Source: an uncultured Holophagales bacterium (GTDB taxonomy: Bacteria > Acidobacteriota > Thermoanaerobaculia > Multivoradales > UBA5704). From it: a stretch of DNA of 64,000 nucleotides. Below, piece by piece: positions 1 to 10,365 of the stretch; positions within the stretch are counted from its first letter, which is position 1, and every line of letters begins with the position of its first letter. The notes below the pieces were generated by a model, which was given only the letters and a program-made list of their open reading frames with translations, did no database searches and was not told where the DNA came from. Made by a program: the position numbers and the translations under genes. The DNA lies in the NCBI GenBank assembly GCA_963842525.1, contig CAWJGT010000006.1, positions 128,001-192,000 of the forward strand, written 5' to 3'.

Positions 1-259
1 CCGGGATCTCTTCTTCCGACGGTGGCGGCGACGGTGCGGAGGCGACTTTGTGGCGCTCCGCCAATTCGCCGGCCGCGACGGCCACGGCCTGGAATGCCGC
101 GAAGCGTTCCTGTGTCGTCGCAAGCTCGGCGGCATGGAAACCTCTCTTTTCGCGGTGGAAGACCTCCTGCTGGGCGTGATGCTCTTCCTGTTCGCGGGGA
201 TGCTTGATCTGGCCTTCCAGCTCGGTCAACATCTGAGCGATGGAGAGATTCGATGCCAT
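1..259 (-). CDS. Hypothetical protein, N-terminal coiled-coil-like part (runs off the window edge)
   Basis: Not in the ORF track. ATG at 259 follows a GAGGA RBS, and the frame is open to base 1: MASNLSIAQMLTELEGQIKHPREQEEHHAQQEVFHREKR... Confidence 0.7.
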   Translation of the reverse strand, partial: MASNLSIAQMLTELEGQIKHPREQEEHHAQQEVFHREKRGFHAAELATTQERFAAFQAVAVAAGELAERHKVASAPSPPPSEEEIP

Positions 260-284
260 GGGGCGTCCTCCGTCATAGCGCATT

Positions 285-580
285 CCGGTGCCGCAAAGTG
301 AAGAATCAATGCGGCGCAGAAGAAAGCTTCGCGGCAATCTTCATTTCCGCGTCGCAAAGGGTTTTCTTTTTGCGGCAGATCTGGAAAAAGCTTGCCGTTG
401 GAAGATTTCCTGCCGCATAGGAGAATTCCCTGCCGCGTTGTTCTTTTGGATTGTGGGCGCAGAAAAGAACAGTGCTGCGCAGAATCTTCCCTGCCGCAAT
501 GTAGATTTCCAACGCGGCATTTCCTCAGAAAACGCGGCGTCCCGCGGCCCGACGCTCCTCCGGGATCTCCTTTGCGGCAA
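285..580. repeat. Degenerate array with ~20-21 bp period: YGCSGCR cores separated by A/T-rich halves
   Basis: Cores at about 289, 311, 331, 351, 371, 392, 411, 431, 473, 492, 513, 533 and 573. Confidence 0.75.
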
Positions 581-591
581 CCGGCTGCTGC

Positions 592-1665
<1,074 letters not shown>

Positions 1666-1884
1666 GCCTGAGGAGACGAGATCTCGACATGGGAGAGTGC
1701 GCTGCTCCTGTGGTGTCTCCCCGATTTCGAGGCCACCTCGTGCACGTCCCGCCCAAGACAACCAGCCCATGGCCCCTGGTCCCCGGGGGCTGCTAGCGCA
1801 CCCAACGACCGATATGCGGGATATACTCAGGATGTGACAGCGCCAGACTGAGCGTGTTCTAGCGGGCTCCTGAGAAGGACAACG

Positions 1885-4800
1885 ATGACTGAGGTGAGGC
1901 CCACTCAACGGCAGAGCATCGAGCGCAATGGGGAGCTCGCGGCGTCTCCTGGCGGTGACGCGGTTCCTTCGGGCTTCGAACTCCGCCATGTGCTCTCGGG
2001 TCACCAAGCTCCAATCGCACAGCTCACCTGGTCGCCTGACGGCAACTCGATCGGCTCTGCCTCCACCGATGGGACGATCAAAGTCTGGAATGCCACCAGG
2101 GGGCGCCTACTTCTCACCATCCCGCTTTCTAGTCAAGCTTCTTGTGTCGCCTGGTCACCCGATGGTAGGACCCTCGCATCATCGGGTGCCGACACAACGA
2201 CTCTCTGGCACACCAAGAATTGGGAAATAAAAAAACTTCTCTCAACTAAGCGCCTGGGAGCCAGTGCTATGGCGTGGTCACCGGACGGATGGTGGCTGTC
2301 TTTTGATAGCGGCATACCCGACGGTACGATCGGAATCTGGGATGCGACGGCACAACGAGATCACCAGCAGATCGAAAGCAATGTCGGATCAGTTCTGAGC
2401 CTTGCTTGGTCTTCTTCCGGAAACCTGCTTGCTTGGTCGGGAGACCGGGGCCCGATCCTCTGCTGGGACTTTCGCGAGCGCCAGTTGCTCTCATCGCTTG
2501 CTGGACACTCAGGACGAGTTTACGCCCTTGCTTGGTTACCCGGAGAAGAGCTTCTTGCCTCCGCTTCTCAGGATGCGACGATCCGGATCTGGCAGGCGCC
2601 GAAAGCACAGGTGCTGTCAATCTTGGAAGGTCACACCCGGGAGGTCGTTGCTCTGTCGATCTCGGCCGATGGGCGCTACATTGCATCGAAATCAGCGGAC
2701 GGCACCGTCCGTTTATGGGACCCGACCTCCTCTCGGGAGATTGCTCGCCTGCGAGAGCCGGTGTCTTACGAGGCGCGGTGCAGCGGCATAGCTTTTCATC
2801 CGCGTGAGCCCGTCCTCGCTACTTTGGACGATGGCGATCTATCAATCCGGATTTGGAATCTCGATCTTAGGATTCTGTCGCAACCAACCGCCGTATCCTC
2901 GCCGGTAGTCCGCTATACCAGCGCCAAAGTCGTCCTTCTCGCCGATAGCGATGTCGGTAAGTCCTGCCTCGCAATGCGCCTCGCCGAGGACCGCTATCCG
3001 AGCGACTCCGAACGGACAACTCACGGCATGCGTCTTTGGCGCCTTGTACCCGAGAGCCTCGATCCCTTAGCCGCCACACCTCCGGGCCAGCGCCGTGACC
3101 TCGTGCTCTGGGACCTGGGCGGGCAGTACGAGTACAGGCTCGTCCATCAGCTCTTTCTCCACAACACCGCCCTGGCCCTCATGCTGTTCGATCCTACCCG
3201 AGGAAGCAAAGCCTTTGAGCAAGTTGAAGATTGGAACAAACGGCTTGAACAGCGGCTCGGAGGTCGCAGGGCCGTCAAGCTCCTGATCGGGGCGAAGGTG
3301 GACGAGCCCTCGGAGATCATTGACCGCGTCGCTATCGAGCAGCTTTGCCAGCGCAGCGGCTTCATTCGGTATATTGAGACCAGCGCCAGGACTGGCCGAG
3401 GAGTCGATGAGCTGCGTCGAGAGCTTGCCAAGGCCCTCGATTGTAATACTTTGGGTACAACCAGCCGACCAGAGCTATTTCAGCGCATTCGCGACGAGAT
3501 CGAACGGCGGCGCGAGGCTGGCGAGGTCGTGCTTGCCCTGCGAGATCTTGAGGTCGCTATTCGCACCGCTAGGCCGGTGGACTTCGATCCAGCGGCGGTC
3601 GAACGCGTAGCTGAGCAACTCGCTCTCCAGGGAGTACTTGCCGAGACCAAGCTCGCCTCAGGCGACCGTATGTTGGTGCTACGGATTGAGGAGATCGAGC
3701 GCTATGCTGGCTCTCTCATTGTCGCAGCGAGAAATAATCCGCGTGGGGTTCCTGCTCTCGAAGAACGACGGATAGCCTCACTGGAGATTTCGCTTCCTGG
3801 TATCGACGAGGCGAGCAGGCTACCTCTTGTCCAAGAACGGATCGTTCTCGAATGCGTCGTCCAACTCCTCCTTGAACACGGAGTCTGCTTCTCACACGAA
3901 GGGCTCCTTGTCTTTCCTTCACTTTTCGCCTCGACAGAGAAGGAGGACGATGTACCGGTCCTCCAGTCCGCCTCACTCTATTACGATTTCTCGGGCGCCA
4001 TCGACAACATCTATGCTTCGCTCGTCGCCTGGTTGGTAATTGTCAAGAATTTCGGTCGAGTGCGGATGTGGCGCGATCGGGCGGAGTTCGCGACTCCTGG
4101 TAAGGGAGGCTGCGGTGTCCGCAAGGTCGATCGCGGGCGCGGTCTTGCTCGGCTGGACGTGTACTTCGAGGAGAAAACCCCCCCTAGGGTCCGCAAGCTC
4201 TTCCACGGCTTTGTCGAGGACCACCTTCGACTGAATGGCCTCGACATCACGGAACATTTAGACGTCTCCTGCCCTAGCTGCGGCCGCCAATTCGCCGAGG
4301 AGGACATACGTGAACGGATCGCTTTGAGCACATCAGACATTGGCTGCGTTAGGTGCGACTTTCGTCTTCCCCTCGCCGAGGCGATCGCGCGAGCTGGCAC
4401 GCGCAGCCCAATGATGGCGAAGAGAACCTTTGCTCTTCGTACACGGGCTGAAGAAGGTGTCAGGAAGGTCACCGAATCCATCAAGCAGCTCTTTCGTCAG
4501 CCCGATCGGAAAGCTTCATTCGACCAGCCGATCCGTGTGCTCCACCTGAGTGATCTTCACTTCACGGCGGACGCAGATATGAGGGCCCACCTTCGGCCTC
4601 TCATCGCCGACCTGCAAGACAGCGGCGGAGGGCTCGGCTTTGACCGGCTCGACTACCTCATCATCTCAGGTGATGCTACGAACCGCGCTGCTCCGGAGGA
4701 GTTCGAAGTCGCGCAGCGCTTCATCTCGGAGCTAATTCTCAGGTTCGGCCTGACCGCGCAGCGCTGCGTGCTCGTGCCGGGTAACCACGACCTATTCTGG

Positions 4801-5556
4801 GACGAAGAGGTCTACATTTGGAAACCAAAGCGCCAAGTCGACGAACGACGGCTCCGACCAGGTACCTTTCGTATCGAAGGAGGCGGCTATTTGCTGCGCG
4901 ATGACCAGAGCTATCCTGCCCGCTTCCATAATTTCTCCCGCTTTCTCCACCACCCGCTCCTCCAGCTAGAATATCCGCCAGGGTTCGAGGAGCAGGGACA
5001 AGTCTATCTCTTCGCGGAAACGGGCCTTCAGTTCCTCAGCTTCAACTCGTGCTGGGAGATCGACGAGTGGTTCGGCGACCGGGCAAGCCTCCATCCAGGG
5101 GCCGTTGTACGTGCGCTCGAACTAGCTGATGAGCAGGTCGATAAGCAACTCGGTCGGGACGCCGAGATCCTACGCATCGGCGTCTGGCACCATCCTGTGA
5201 CTGGAAACGAGAAGATCAAGGACGACGCCTTTGTCGAGCAGCTCCGCCAAGCTGGTGTGCGGCTCGCCCTCCACGGACATGTGCACGAGGATCGGGCCGA
5301 CCTTATCTCATATCTTCATCCTCGGAAACTCCACGTCGCAGGCGCCGGTTCCTTCGGTGCCCCCACCTCGCAGCGGCCTGAGTCGACGCCGCGGCTATAC
5401 AACCTGCTCGAAATTGCGCGCGACCACTCGTGGATACGGGTTCACACCCGCTGCTTGCAGAAACGCGGCGGTGCGTGGCAGGGCTGGGCCGTTTGGCCGG
5501 ATCAGCACCCGAATTCGCGGCGGACGTTCTACACGATCCCGCTCCAGGAGTCGTAG
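1885..5556 (+). CDS. WD40-repeat / Roc GTPase / COR / Zn-ribbon / calcineurin-like metallophosphoesterase protein (ROCO-like)
   Basis: About 7 WD40 repeats; G-motifs ADSDVGKS, TTHG, WDLGGQ, AKVD, TSA; CPSC...CVRC; phosphoesterase motifs DLH, GD, GNHD, HH, GHVH; AAGGA RBS. Confidence 0.85.
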   Translation: MTEVRPTQRQSIERNGELAASPGGDAVPSGFELRHVLSGHQAPIAQLTWSPDGNSIGSASTDGTIKVWNATRGRLLLTIPLSSQASCVAWSPDGRTLASSGADTTTLWHTKNWEIKKLLSTKRLGASAMAWSPDGWWLSFDSGIPDGTIGIWDATAQRDHQQIESNVGSVLSLAWSSSGNLLAWSGDRGPILCWDFRERQLLSSLAGHSGRVYALAWLPGEELLASASQDATIRIWQAPKAQVLSILEGHTREVVALSISADGRYIASKSADGTVRLWDPTSSREIARLREPVSYEARCSGIAFHPREPVLATLDDGDLSIRIWNLDLRILSQPTAVSSPVVRYTSAKVVLLADSDVGKSCLAMRLAEDRYPSDSERTTHGMRLWRLVPESLDPLAATPPGQRRDLVLWDLGGQYEYRLVHQLFLHNTALALMLFDPTRGSKAFEQVEDWNKRLEQRLGGRRAVKLLIGAKVDEPSEIIDRVAIEQLCQRSGFIRYIETSARTGRGVDELRRELAKALDCNTLGTTSRPELFQRIRDEIERRREAGEVVLALRDLEVAIRTARPVDFDPAAVERVAEQLALQGVLAETKLASGDRMLVLRIEEIERYAGSLIVAARNNPRGVPALEERRIASLEISLPGIDEASRLPLVQERIVLECVVQLLLEHGVCFSHEGLLVFPSLFASTEKEDDVPVLQSASLYYDFSGAIDNIYASLVAWLVIVKNFGRVRMWRDRAEFATPGKGGCGVRKVDRGRGLARLDVYFEEKTPPRVRKLFHGFVEDHLRLNGLDITEHLDVSCPSCGRQFAEEDIRERIALSTSDIGCVRCDFRLPLAEAIARAGTRSPMMAKRTFALRTRAEEGVRKVTESIKQLFRQPDRKASFDQPIRVLHLSDLHFTADADMRAHLRPLIADLQDSGGGLGFDRLDYLIISGDATNRAAPEEFEVAQRFISELILRFGLTAQRCVLVPGNHDLFWDEEVYIWKPKRQVDERRLRPGTFRIEGGGYLLRDDQSYPARFHNFSRFLHHPLLQLEYPPGFEEQGQVYLFAETGLQFLSFNSCWEIDEWFGDRASLHPGAVVRALELADEQVDKQLGRDAEILRIGVWHHPVTGNEKIKDDAFVEQLRQAGVRLALHGHVHEDRADLISYLHPRKLHVAGAGSFGAPTSQRPESTPRLYNLLEIARDHSWIRVHTRCLQKRGGAWQGWAVWPDQHPNSRRTFYTIPLQES

Positions 5557-5709
5557 GCGCATTTTTACCGCGGTCGCTGTCCTCGCGATCTCGGTACGGC
5601 TGTAGTACCCGGGGCGGCGCACCCGCGTTGCCCCGCGCCTCTTGCAGCGCTTAGCACTTTCCCAAGAATTCGCTTCCGGGTATCTCGCCGGATTTTCGGA
5701 TCTTTTCGG

Positions 5710-5863
5710 AGCGCAGGGCATCCAGCAGGTTCGACTTTCCCGCGGCGTTCGGCCCTACGCGAAAGACCTTCCTCCCGAGCTCGACCTCGATCTGGCGGAA
5801 GTTGCGCCAGTTCTCCAGGCGGAGGTACGTGAAGCGGAAGGCCCTGCGGTCCGAGGTCGCCAT
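5710..5863 (-). pseudogene. N-terminal remnant of an SMC/AAA_21-like ATPase
   Basis: LRLENWRNFRQIEVEL...VGPNAAGKSNLLDALR; similarity stops just after Walker A. Confidence 0.7.
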
Positions 5864-5950
5864 ATCCGAGTATCTTACCTGGCGGCCGGTTTCGGCAAGC
5901 GAGCACCGCCACGCCGGAGGTGCCGGCGTGGCGGTGGAGTGGGCGCCTGC

Positions 5951-7915
5951 TCAGGCGGCCACGGTGAGGTTGCGGGTCATCAGGTCGGCCACGGCGCGGT
6001 TGAAGCGCACCGGGTCTTCCAGCTCCGTGCCCTCGGAGATGAGGCCGTAGCCGAAGAGGAGCTGGCCGTAGTCCTCGATCACCGGATCGTTCTGGTCCTT
6101 GTCGTACCGCTCCTTGAGCTTGAGCAGGATATCGTGGCCCGGGTTCAGCTCCATGATGCGGCGCTGCTTGGGGCCGCCGCCCTTGCCCTTCTGGAGGAGC
6201 CTCTCGAGCTGCGGGCTGTAGTCGTGCTCGGCGCCGACCAGGCAGACCGGTGAAGTGGTCAGCCGGTTGGTGAGGCGGACCTGCTTGACCCAGGTGTCGA
6301 GCTTCTTCTGGAGCAGCTCGAGCAGCGGCTTCATCTGCTCCTCCTTCTCCTTGAGCTCCTCCTCGGTCTTCTTCTTCTCCTCCTCGTTGCCGAGGTTGAC
6401 CGTGCCCTTGCCGACGTCCTTCAGGCGCTTGCCCTGGTACTCGTGGAGCGACTGCACCAGCAGCTCGTCCACCGTGTCGACCAGGTAGAGGGCCTCGATC
6501 CCCTTCTCCTTGAACGCCTCCAGGTGCGGCGAGCTCGCCACCTGCTCGCGCGACTCGCCGTTCAGGTAGAAGATTTCCTTCTGATCCTCCTTCATCCGCG
6601 ACACGTAGTCCTTGAGCGTGGTGTGCTTCTCGGGGTCGTTCGAGGAGTAGAAGAGGAGCAGCTCGAGGAGCTTCTCCTTGTTCTCGTAGTCGGCGCTGAC
6701 CCCCTCCTTGATGGCGCGGCCGAACTCGGCCCAGAACTTCAAGTAGGTGTCGTACTCCTTGTCCTTCATCTCCTCGAAGGTGTCGAGGAGCTTCTTGGTC
6801 AGGCCCTTGCGGATCATCGTGATGTGCCTGTCCTGCTGCAGCATCTCGCGCGAGATGTTGAGTGCCAGGTCGGGCGAGTCGACGACGCCGCGGACGAAGC
6901 GCAGGTAGCGCGGCAGCAGGTCCTCGCAGCTCTCCATGATCTGCACCTTCTTGACGTAGAGGTGCAGGCCCGGCTTCGAGGCCACGTAATAGAGGTCGTA
7001 CGGCGCCTGCGATGGCACGAAGAGCAGCGACTGGTACTCGATCCGCCCCTCGGCCCGGTAGGAGATGACCTTGAGCGGCTCGGTGAAGTCGTGGGAGATG
7101 TGGCGGTAGAACTCCTTGTACTCGTCCTGCGTGACCTCGGACTGCGGACGCGTCCAGATCGGCCGCATGGAGTTGAGGATCTTCTCCTCCAGGGGCATCA
7201 CAGGCTTCTCCCCGGTCTCCTTCTCCTTGGCGAGATCCTCGATCTCGGGGTCCTTCTCGGCCGTGAGGACGATCGGGTAGCCGACGAAGTCCGAATAGCG
7301 GCGGACGATGCGGCTGATCACCCAGCGGTCGGAGTACTCGTCGAGGCCGTTGTCGCGGTCCTCGGGCTTCAAGTGGAGGGTGATCGTGGTGCCGCGGCGC
7401 GGCTTCTCGGTCTCCTCGACGGTGAAGGTGCCGTCGCCGTTGGACTCCCAGTGGGTGGCCGATGTCTCGCCGGCCCGGCGGGTGTCCAGCACCACGCGCT
7501 CGGAGGCCATGAACGACGAGTAGAAGCCGACGCCGAACTGGCCGATCAGCTCGGCGATCGACTGCTTCGACTCGCCCTGCTTGAGCCGTTCGACCAGCTC
7601 GCGGGTGCCCGACTTGGCGATCGTGCCGATGTTGGTCACCACCTCGTCGCGGTTCATGCCGATGCCGTTGTCCGCGATAGTGATGGTGCGCTTCTGCCGG
7701 TCCGCCGTCAGGCGGATCTCCAGCTTCTCGTCGCCTTCGAGCAGCTCCGGGCGGGTCAACGCCTCGAAGCGGAGCCGGTCCAGCGCGTCCGACGCATTCG
7801 AGATCAGCTCGCGCAGGAAGATGTCTTTGTTCGAGTACAGCGAATGGATCATCAGGTCGAGAAGCTGCTTCGTCTCGGCCTGAAAGGGCAGTGTTTCCAC
7901 AGTAGCGGTCGTCAT
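5951..7915 (-). CDS. htpG: Molecular chaperone HtpG (Hsp90)
   Basis: FQAETKQLLDLMIHSLYSNKDIFLRELISNASDA, IGQFGVGFYS, LNISREMLQ; ATG 7915 with GGAGGAGG RBS. Confidence 0.97.
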   Translation of the reverse strand: MTTATVETLPFQAETKQLLDLMIHSLYSNKDIFLRELISNASDALDRLRFEALTRPELLEGDEKLEIRLTADRQKRTITIADNGIGMNRDEVVTNIGTIAKSGTRELVERLKQGESKQSIAELIGQFGVGFYSSFMASERVVLDTRRAGETSATHWESNGDGTFTVEETEKPRRGTTITLHLKPEDRDNGLDEYSDRWVISRIVRRYSDFVGYPIVLTAEKDPEIEDLAKEKETGEKPVMPLEEKILNSMRPIWTRPQSEVTQDEYKEFYRHISHDFTEPLKVISYRAEGRIEYQSLLFVPSQAPYDLYYVASKPGLHLYVKKVQIMESCEDLLPRYLRFVRGVVDSPDLALNISREMLQQDRHITMIRKGLTKKLLDTFEEMKDKEYDTYLKFWAEFGRAIKEGVSADYENKEKLLELLLFYSSNDPEKHTTLKDYVSRMKEDQKEIFYLNGESREQVASSPHLEAFKEKGIEALYLVDTVDELLVQSLHEYQGKRLKDVGKGTVNLGNEEEKKKTEEELKEKEEQMKPLLELLQKKLDTWVKQVRLTNRLTTSPVCLVGAEHDYSPQLERLLQKGKGGGPKQRRIMELNPGHDILLKLKERYDKDQNDPVIEDYGQLLFGYGLISEGTELEDPVRFNRAVADLMTRNLTVAA

Positions 7916-8049
7916 GGGCCTCCTCCTATTGTTCTCTTCTTTGAGCCCTGCGGACTCAAGCTTCGGACCCATAAGTTTAGTCGAAGAGGCGCAATTCTGC
8001 AACTCTCCCGTCGAACCTGTAAAATCAAGCCGGTACGGGAGGAGGAGCG

Positions 8050-8516
8050 ATGGCCTGGGGACGGCAGAAGGGAAGCGGCTGCGGCGTGGCCTGGCTGGCG
8101 TTGATCGTGGCGCTCCTGGCGCTGTATGTGGCGTGGTCCGCCTACAGGAGGACAGGCGGAGAAGCTCGGTCAGCTCGTCCGGCTGGAGCGCGGCGAGACC
8201 GAGGCGCCGGCGACCGAGGTGACCGGGACGGCGGCCGATTGGCGGGACAGCCTGGACCGGGCCCGGGAACGGCTGCTCGAGAGGCGCTCGGACGTCGAGG
8301 GCGAGCGGGACCTCGAGCAGGTACGGCGGGATGTGGCCGAGATCCGGGCGAGCCTGGAGGAGGCTTATCGCGGCGCTCGCGGCGCGGGGGCCGGGGCGCG
8401 CGAGAAGTGGCGCACCCTGGACGGCGAGCTCAAGCGTCTGGAGGGGCAGCTCCGCGAGGGGGAGCTCCCGGGCGAAGGAGACGCTGGACTCGCTGCTCGA
8501 CAAGATGCGGACATGA
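8050..8516 (+). CDS. Membrane-anchored coiled-coil hypothetical protein (two apparent frameshifts)
   Basis: GGAGGAG RBS; N-terminal TM helix WLALIVALLALYVAW; helical segments continue across frames to ...LDSLLDKMRT. Confidence 0.55.
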
Positions 8517-8637
8517 GTCAGGAGGCGCCTCTCGACCCGGTCCTGGAGGCCGACGCGGTCTTCGCAAGGCAAAGATGCTCCTCCGTGCCGCCATCGGCTC
8601 TCCCGCGGCGGCGAGCCAGACGGTCATGATGCAGGCC

Positions 8638-8665
8638 TTGACGGCGCGCCTGAAGGGGATATAGT
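8638..8665 (+). promoter_or_regulatory. Putative sigma-70 promoter
   Basis: TTGACG-16 bp-TATAGT upstream of the antitoxin-toxin pair. Confidence 0.4.
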
Positions 8666-8798
8666 TATGCCGTCTGGGAATCGACCTTTGGGAAAGCCCT
8701 TGCCTCTCCAGGATTTCTTCCCTGTCCGACGCGGACGGGTCGCCGAGGCGGCAGTGGACTACCGGCATATCCCGGACGAGGAGATGGAGGGAGCACCG

Positions 8799-9143
8799 AT
8801 GGAAATGGACAACTACCGGGGTGTTGCGAAGTCTTACGAGTCAGGCTGTGCGCGTCTGCTCGCTGCTGTCGAGGCCGAGCTGCCGCAGGGTGGACCGTCG
8901 AACATGGACGACTTGATCGATGGCCTGTACGAGATCGAGCGCACCGGGCAGGCGCTCTTCCTGCCGTTGATCCGGCAGGCCGAGGGGGCGCCTTGGGCGG
9001 AGCCCCTGATCCGCTCGCTGGAAGCTCTGAGGGATTCCCGCTGGCGCCTCATGATCCTCCGTGGCGAGCTGGATAGGGAGGGCACCGGTCCCGCGATCGA
9101 GAGCGTCGAAGATCTCCGTCGGTTGATGCACGGCCTGAATTGA
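8799..9143 (+). CDS. Putative antitoxin (acidic, helical)
   Basis: GGAGG RBS; stop overlaps toxin start (TGATG); acidic C-terminus GPAIESVEDLRRLM. Confidence 0.6.
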   Translation: MEMDNYRGVAKSYESGCARLLAAVEAELPQGGPSNMDDLIDGLYEIERTGQALFLPLIRQAEGAPWAEPLIRSLEALRDSRWRLMILRGELDREGTGPAIESVEDLRRLMHGLN

Positions 9144-9415
9144 TGGTCCGCCTCCTCTGGAGCAGGACCTTCGAAAAGTCTTTCAGGGCGCTTGGACCGG
9201 CCGTCCAGAACGCTACGTTTCGAGCTGTCGAGAAGCTGATCCAGAATCCGAGGCATCCCTCCTTGAACCTGGAGAAGCTGCGAGGAACGGCAGATTTTTG
9301 GTCGATCCGTGTCAACCAGGGCTTCCGGATCCTTTTGCAGCTCCGGTCGCGACGAGGCCGGGGATTTTACAGATTGGAGGATGTCGGACCGCACGACATC
9401 TATCGGCGGGTGTGA
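9143..9415 (+). CDS. RelE/ParE-superfamily toxin
   Basis: 90-aa basic protein: SRTFEKSFRAL...NPRHPSLNLEKL...WSIRVNQGFRIL...DVGPHDIY. Confidence 0.8.
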   Translation: MVRLLWSRTFEKSFRALGPAVQNATFRAVEKLIQNPRHPSLNLEKLRGTADFWSIRVNQGFRILLQLRSRRGRGFYRLEDVGPHDIYRRV

Positions 9416-9416
9416 G

Positions 9417-9590
9417 CTACCGCAACCACTCCTCCAACTGCACCCGCTCATCCGTCGACTCGTCCCGGTATTTGACGATCACCGGGGTATAGAGCGAGAG
9501 CCCCCAGTCCTTGCCGGCGCCGCGGGTGACGGCGCGGGAGCTGTGGACGACCACGGCTTCCTCGGGGATGACCAGGGGGTCGTCCTCGGG
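9417..9590 (-). repeat. Duplicated 3' end of dapD (174-bp direct repeat of 10366-10539)
   Basis: 164/174 identical by manual alignment; includes the dapD stop codon. Confidence 0.95.
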
Positions 9591-9604
9591 GGGCGAGGGT
9601 TCCA

Positions 9605-10033
9605 TCAGCCTTTCCTACGCCGCACAGCCAGCCTGGGTAGTGCGCGCCGAACCTCCCGGCGGACCCGGCGCGCCAAGGCAACCGCGCGGCGAGCTTCGGC
9701 GAGCGAGACCGGCTCGTAGTCGCCCGGGTACCGTGTGACCGTTCCATAGGTGGTCAGCCGCCGCTGTTCCTGCACCGAGAGCCCGACCAGGACACTGGGG
9801 CCCACTCGTGCAACAAGCTCCTCGATATCGTGGGTCTTCGGGAAGTCGATCCCTCTGAGGGTCAGCAGGGCTTTCAGGTACTTCTCGACGCATTGCTGGG
9901 CGTGAAACGCGACTGTGTCTGTTGGCGACTCTTCGCCCGCCCGCAGCGTCAGGGCCGCATTTTTCAGGTCGTTCTCAGCCTTCTCGACCCACTCGCGAAC
10001 GACTTCAGCGACCGCCCGTTCACTTGCGGGCAT
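9605..10033 (-). CDS. HEPN-domain protein (toxin of MNT-HEPN pair)
   Basis: WVEKAENDL...FHAQQCVEKYLKALL...FPKTHDIEEL...TRYPG. Confidence 0.9.
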   Translation of the reverse strand: MPASERAVAEVVREWVEKAENDLKNAALTLRAGEESPTDTVAFHAQQCVEKYLKALLTLRGIDFPKTHDIEELVARVGPSVLVGLSVQEQRRLTTYGTVTRYPGDYEPVSLAEARRAVALARRVRREVRRALPRLAVRRRKG

Positions 10034-10352
10034 AGAGGACTTTCCCGTGCCTGGCTGCGGGCCGCTCGATCGTGCCCACGATGTCTTTTCGCGATTCGAA
10101 GGCCTCAGGAGTGGTCACGATGATGTCCTTCGGGACTCGGATGTCGTGCAGCGCAACGCCGATCTCCACCGCCTTCTCCCGCCTCGATCCTTCGACAGGC
10201 ATGACGATGAGAAGGTCTACATCGCTGTCAGGACCTGCTTCGCCGCGTGCATGGGATCCGAAGAGAATGATCCTTTCCGGCCGAAATTGGCTCACGATCC
10301 GGCGGACCATTTGCCGGATTTCCTTTTTCTCAAGAGGTTTCGCTTTGCGCAT
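10020..10352 (-). CDS. Minimal nucleotidyltransferase (MNT) antitoxin
   Basis: IILFGSHARGEAGPDSDVDLLI motif; GGAGG RBS; overlaps the HEPN start. Confidence 0.9.
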   Translation of the reverse strand: MRKAKPLEKKEIRQMVRRIVSQFRPERIILFGSHARGEAGPDSDVDLLIVMPVEGSRREKAVEIGVALHDIRVPKDIIVTTPEAFESRKDIVGTIERPAARHGKVLYARK

Positions 10353-10365
10353 CAGAACCACCTCC

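Noticed and set aside
5557-5710. IS end or att site right of the ROCO gene
   Set aside because: No matching inverted or direct repeat found at the left junction, and no transposase.
7916-8572. N-terminal extension of HtpG (873-aa ORF)
   Set aside because: The true start is ATG 7915 with a strong RBS; the extension overlaps a divergent gene.
8799-10352. Integron cassette array of TA modules
   Set aside because: No attC-like sites or integrase seen, and the modules are convergent.
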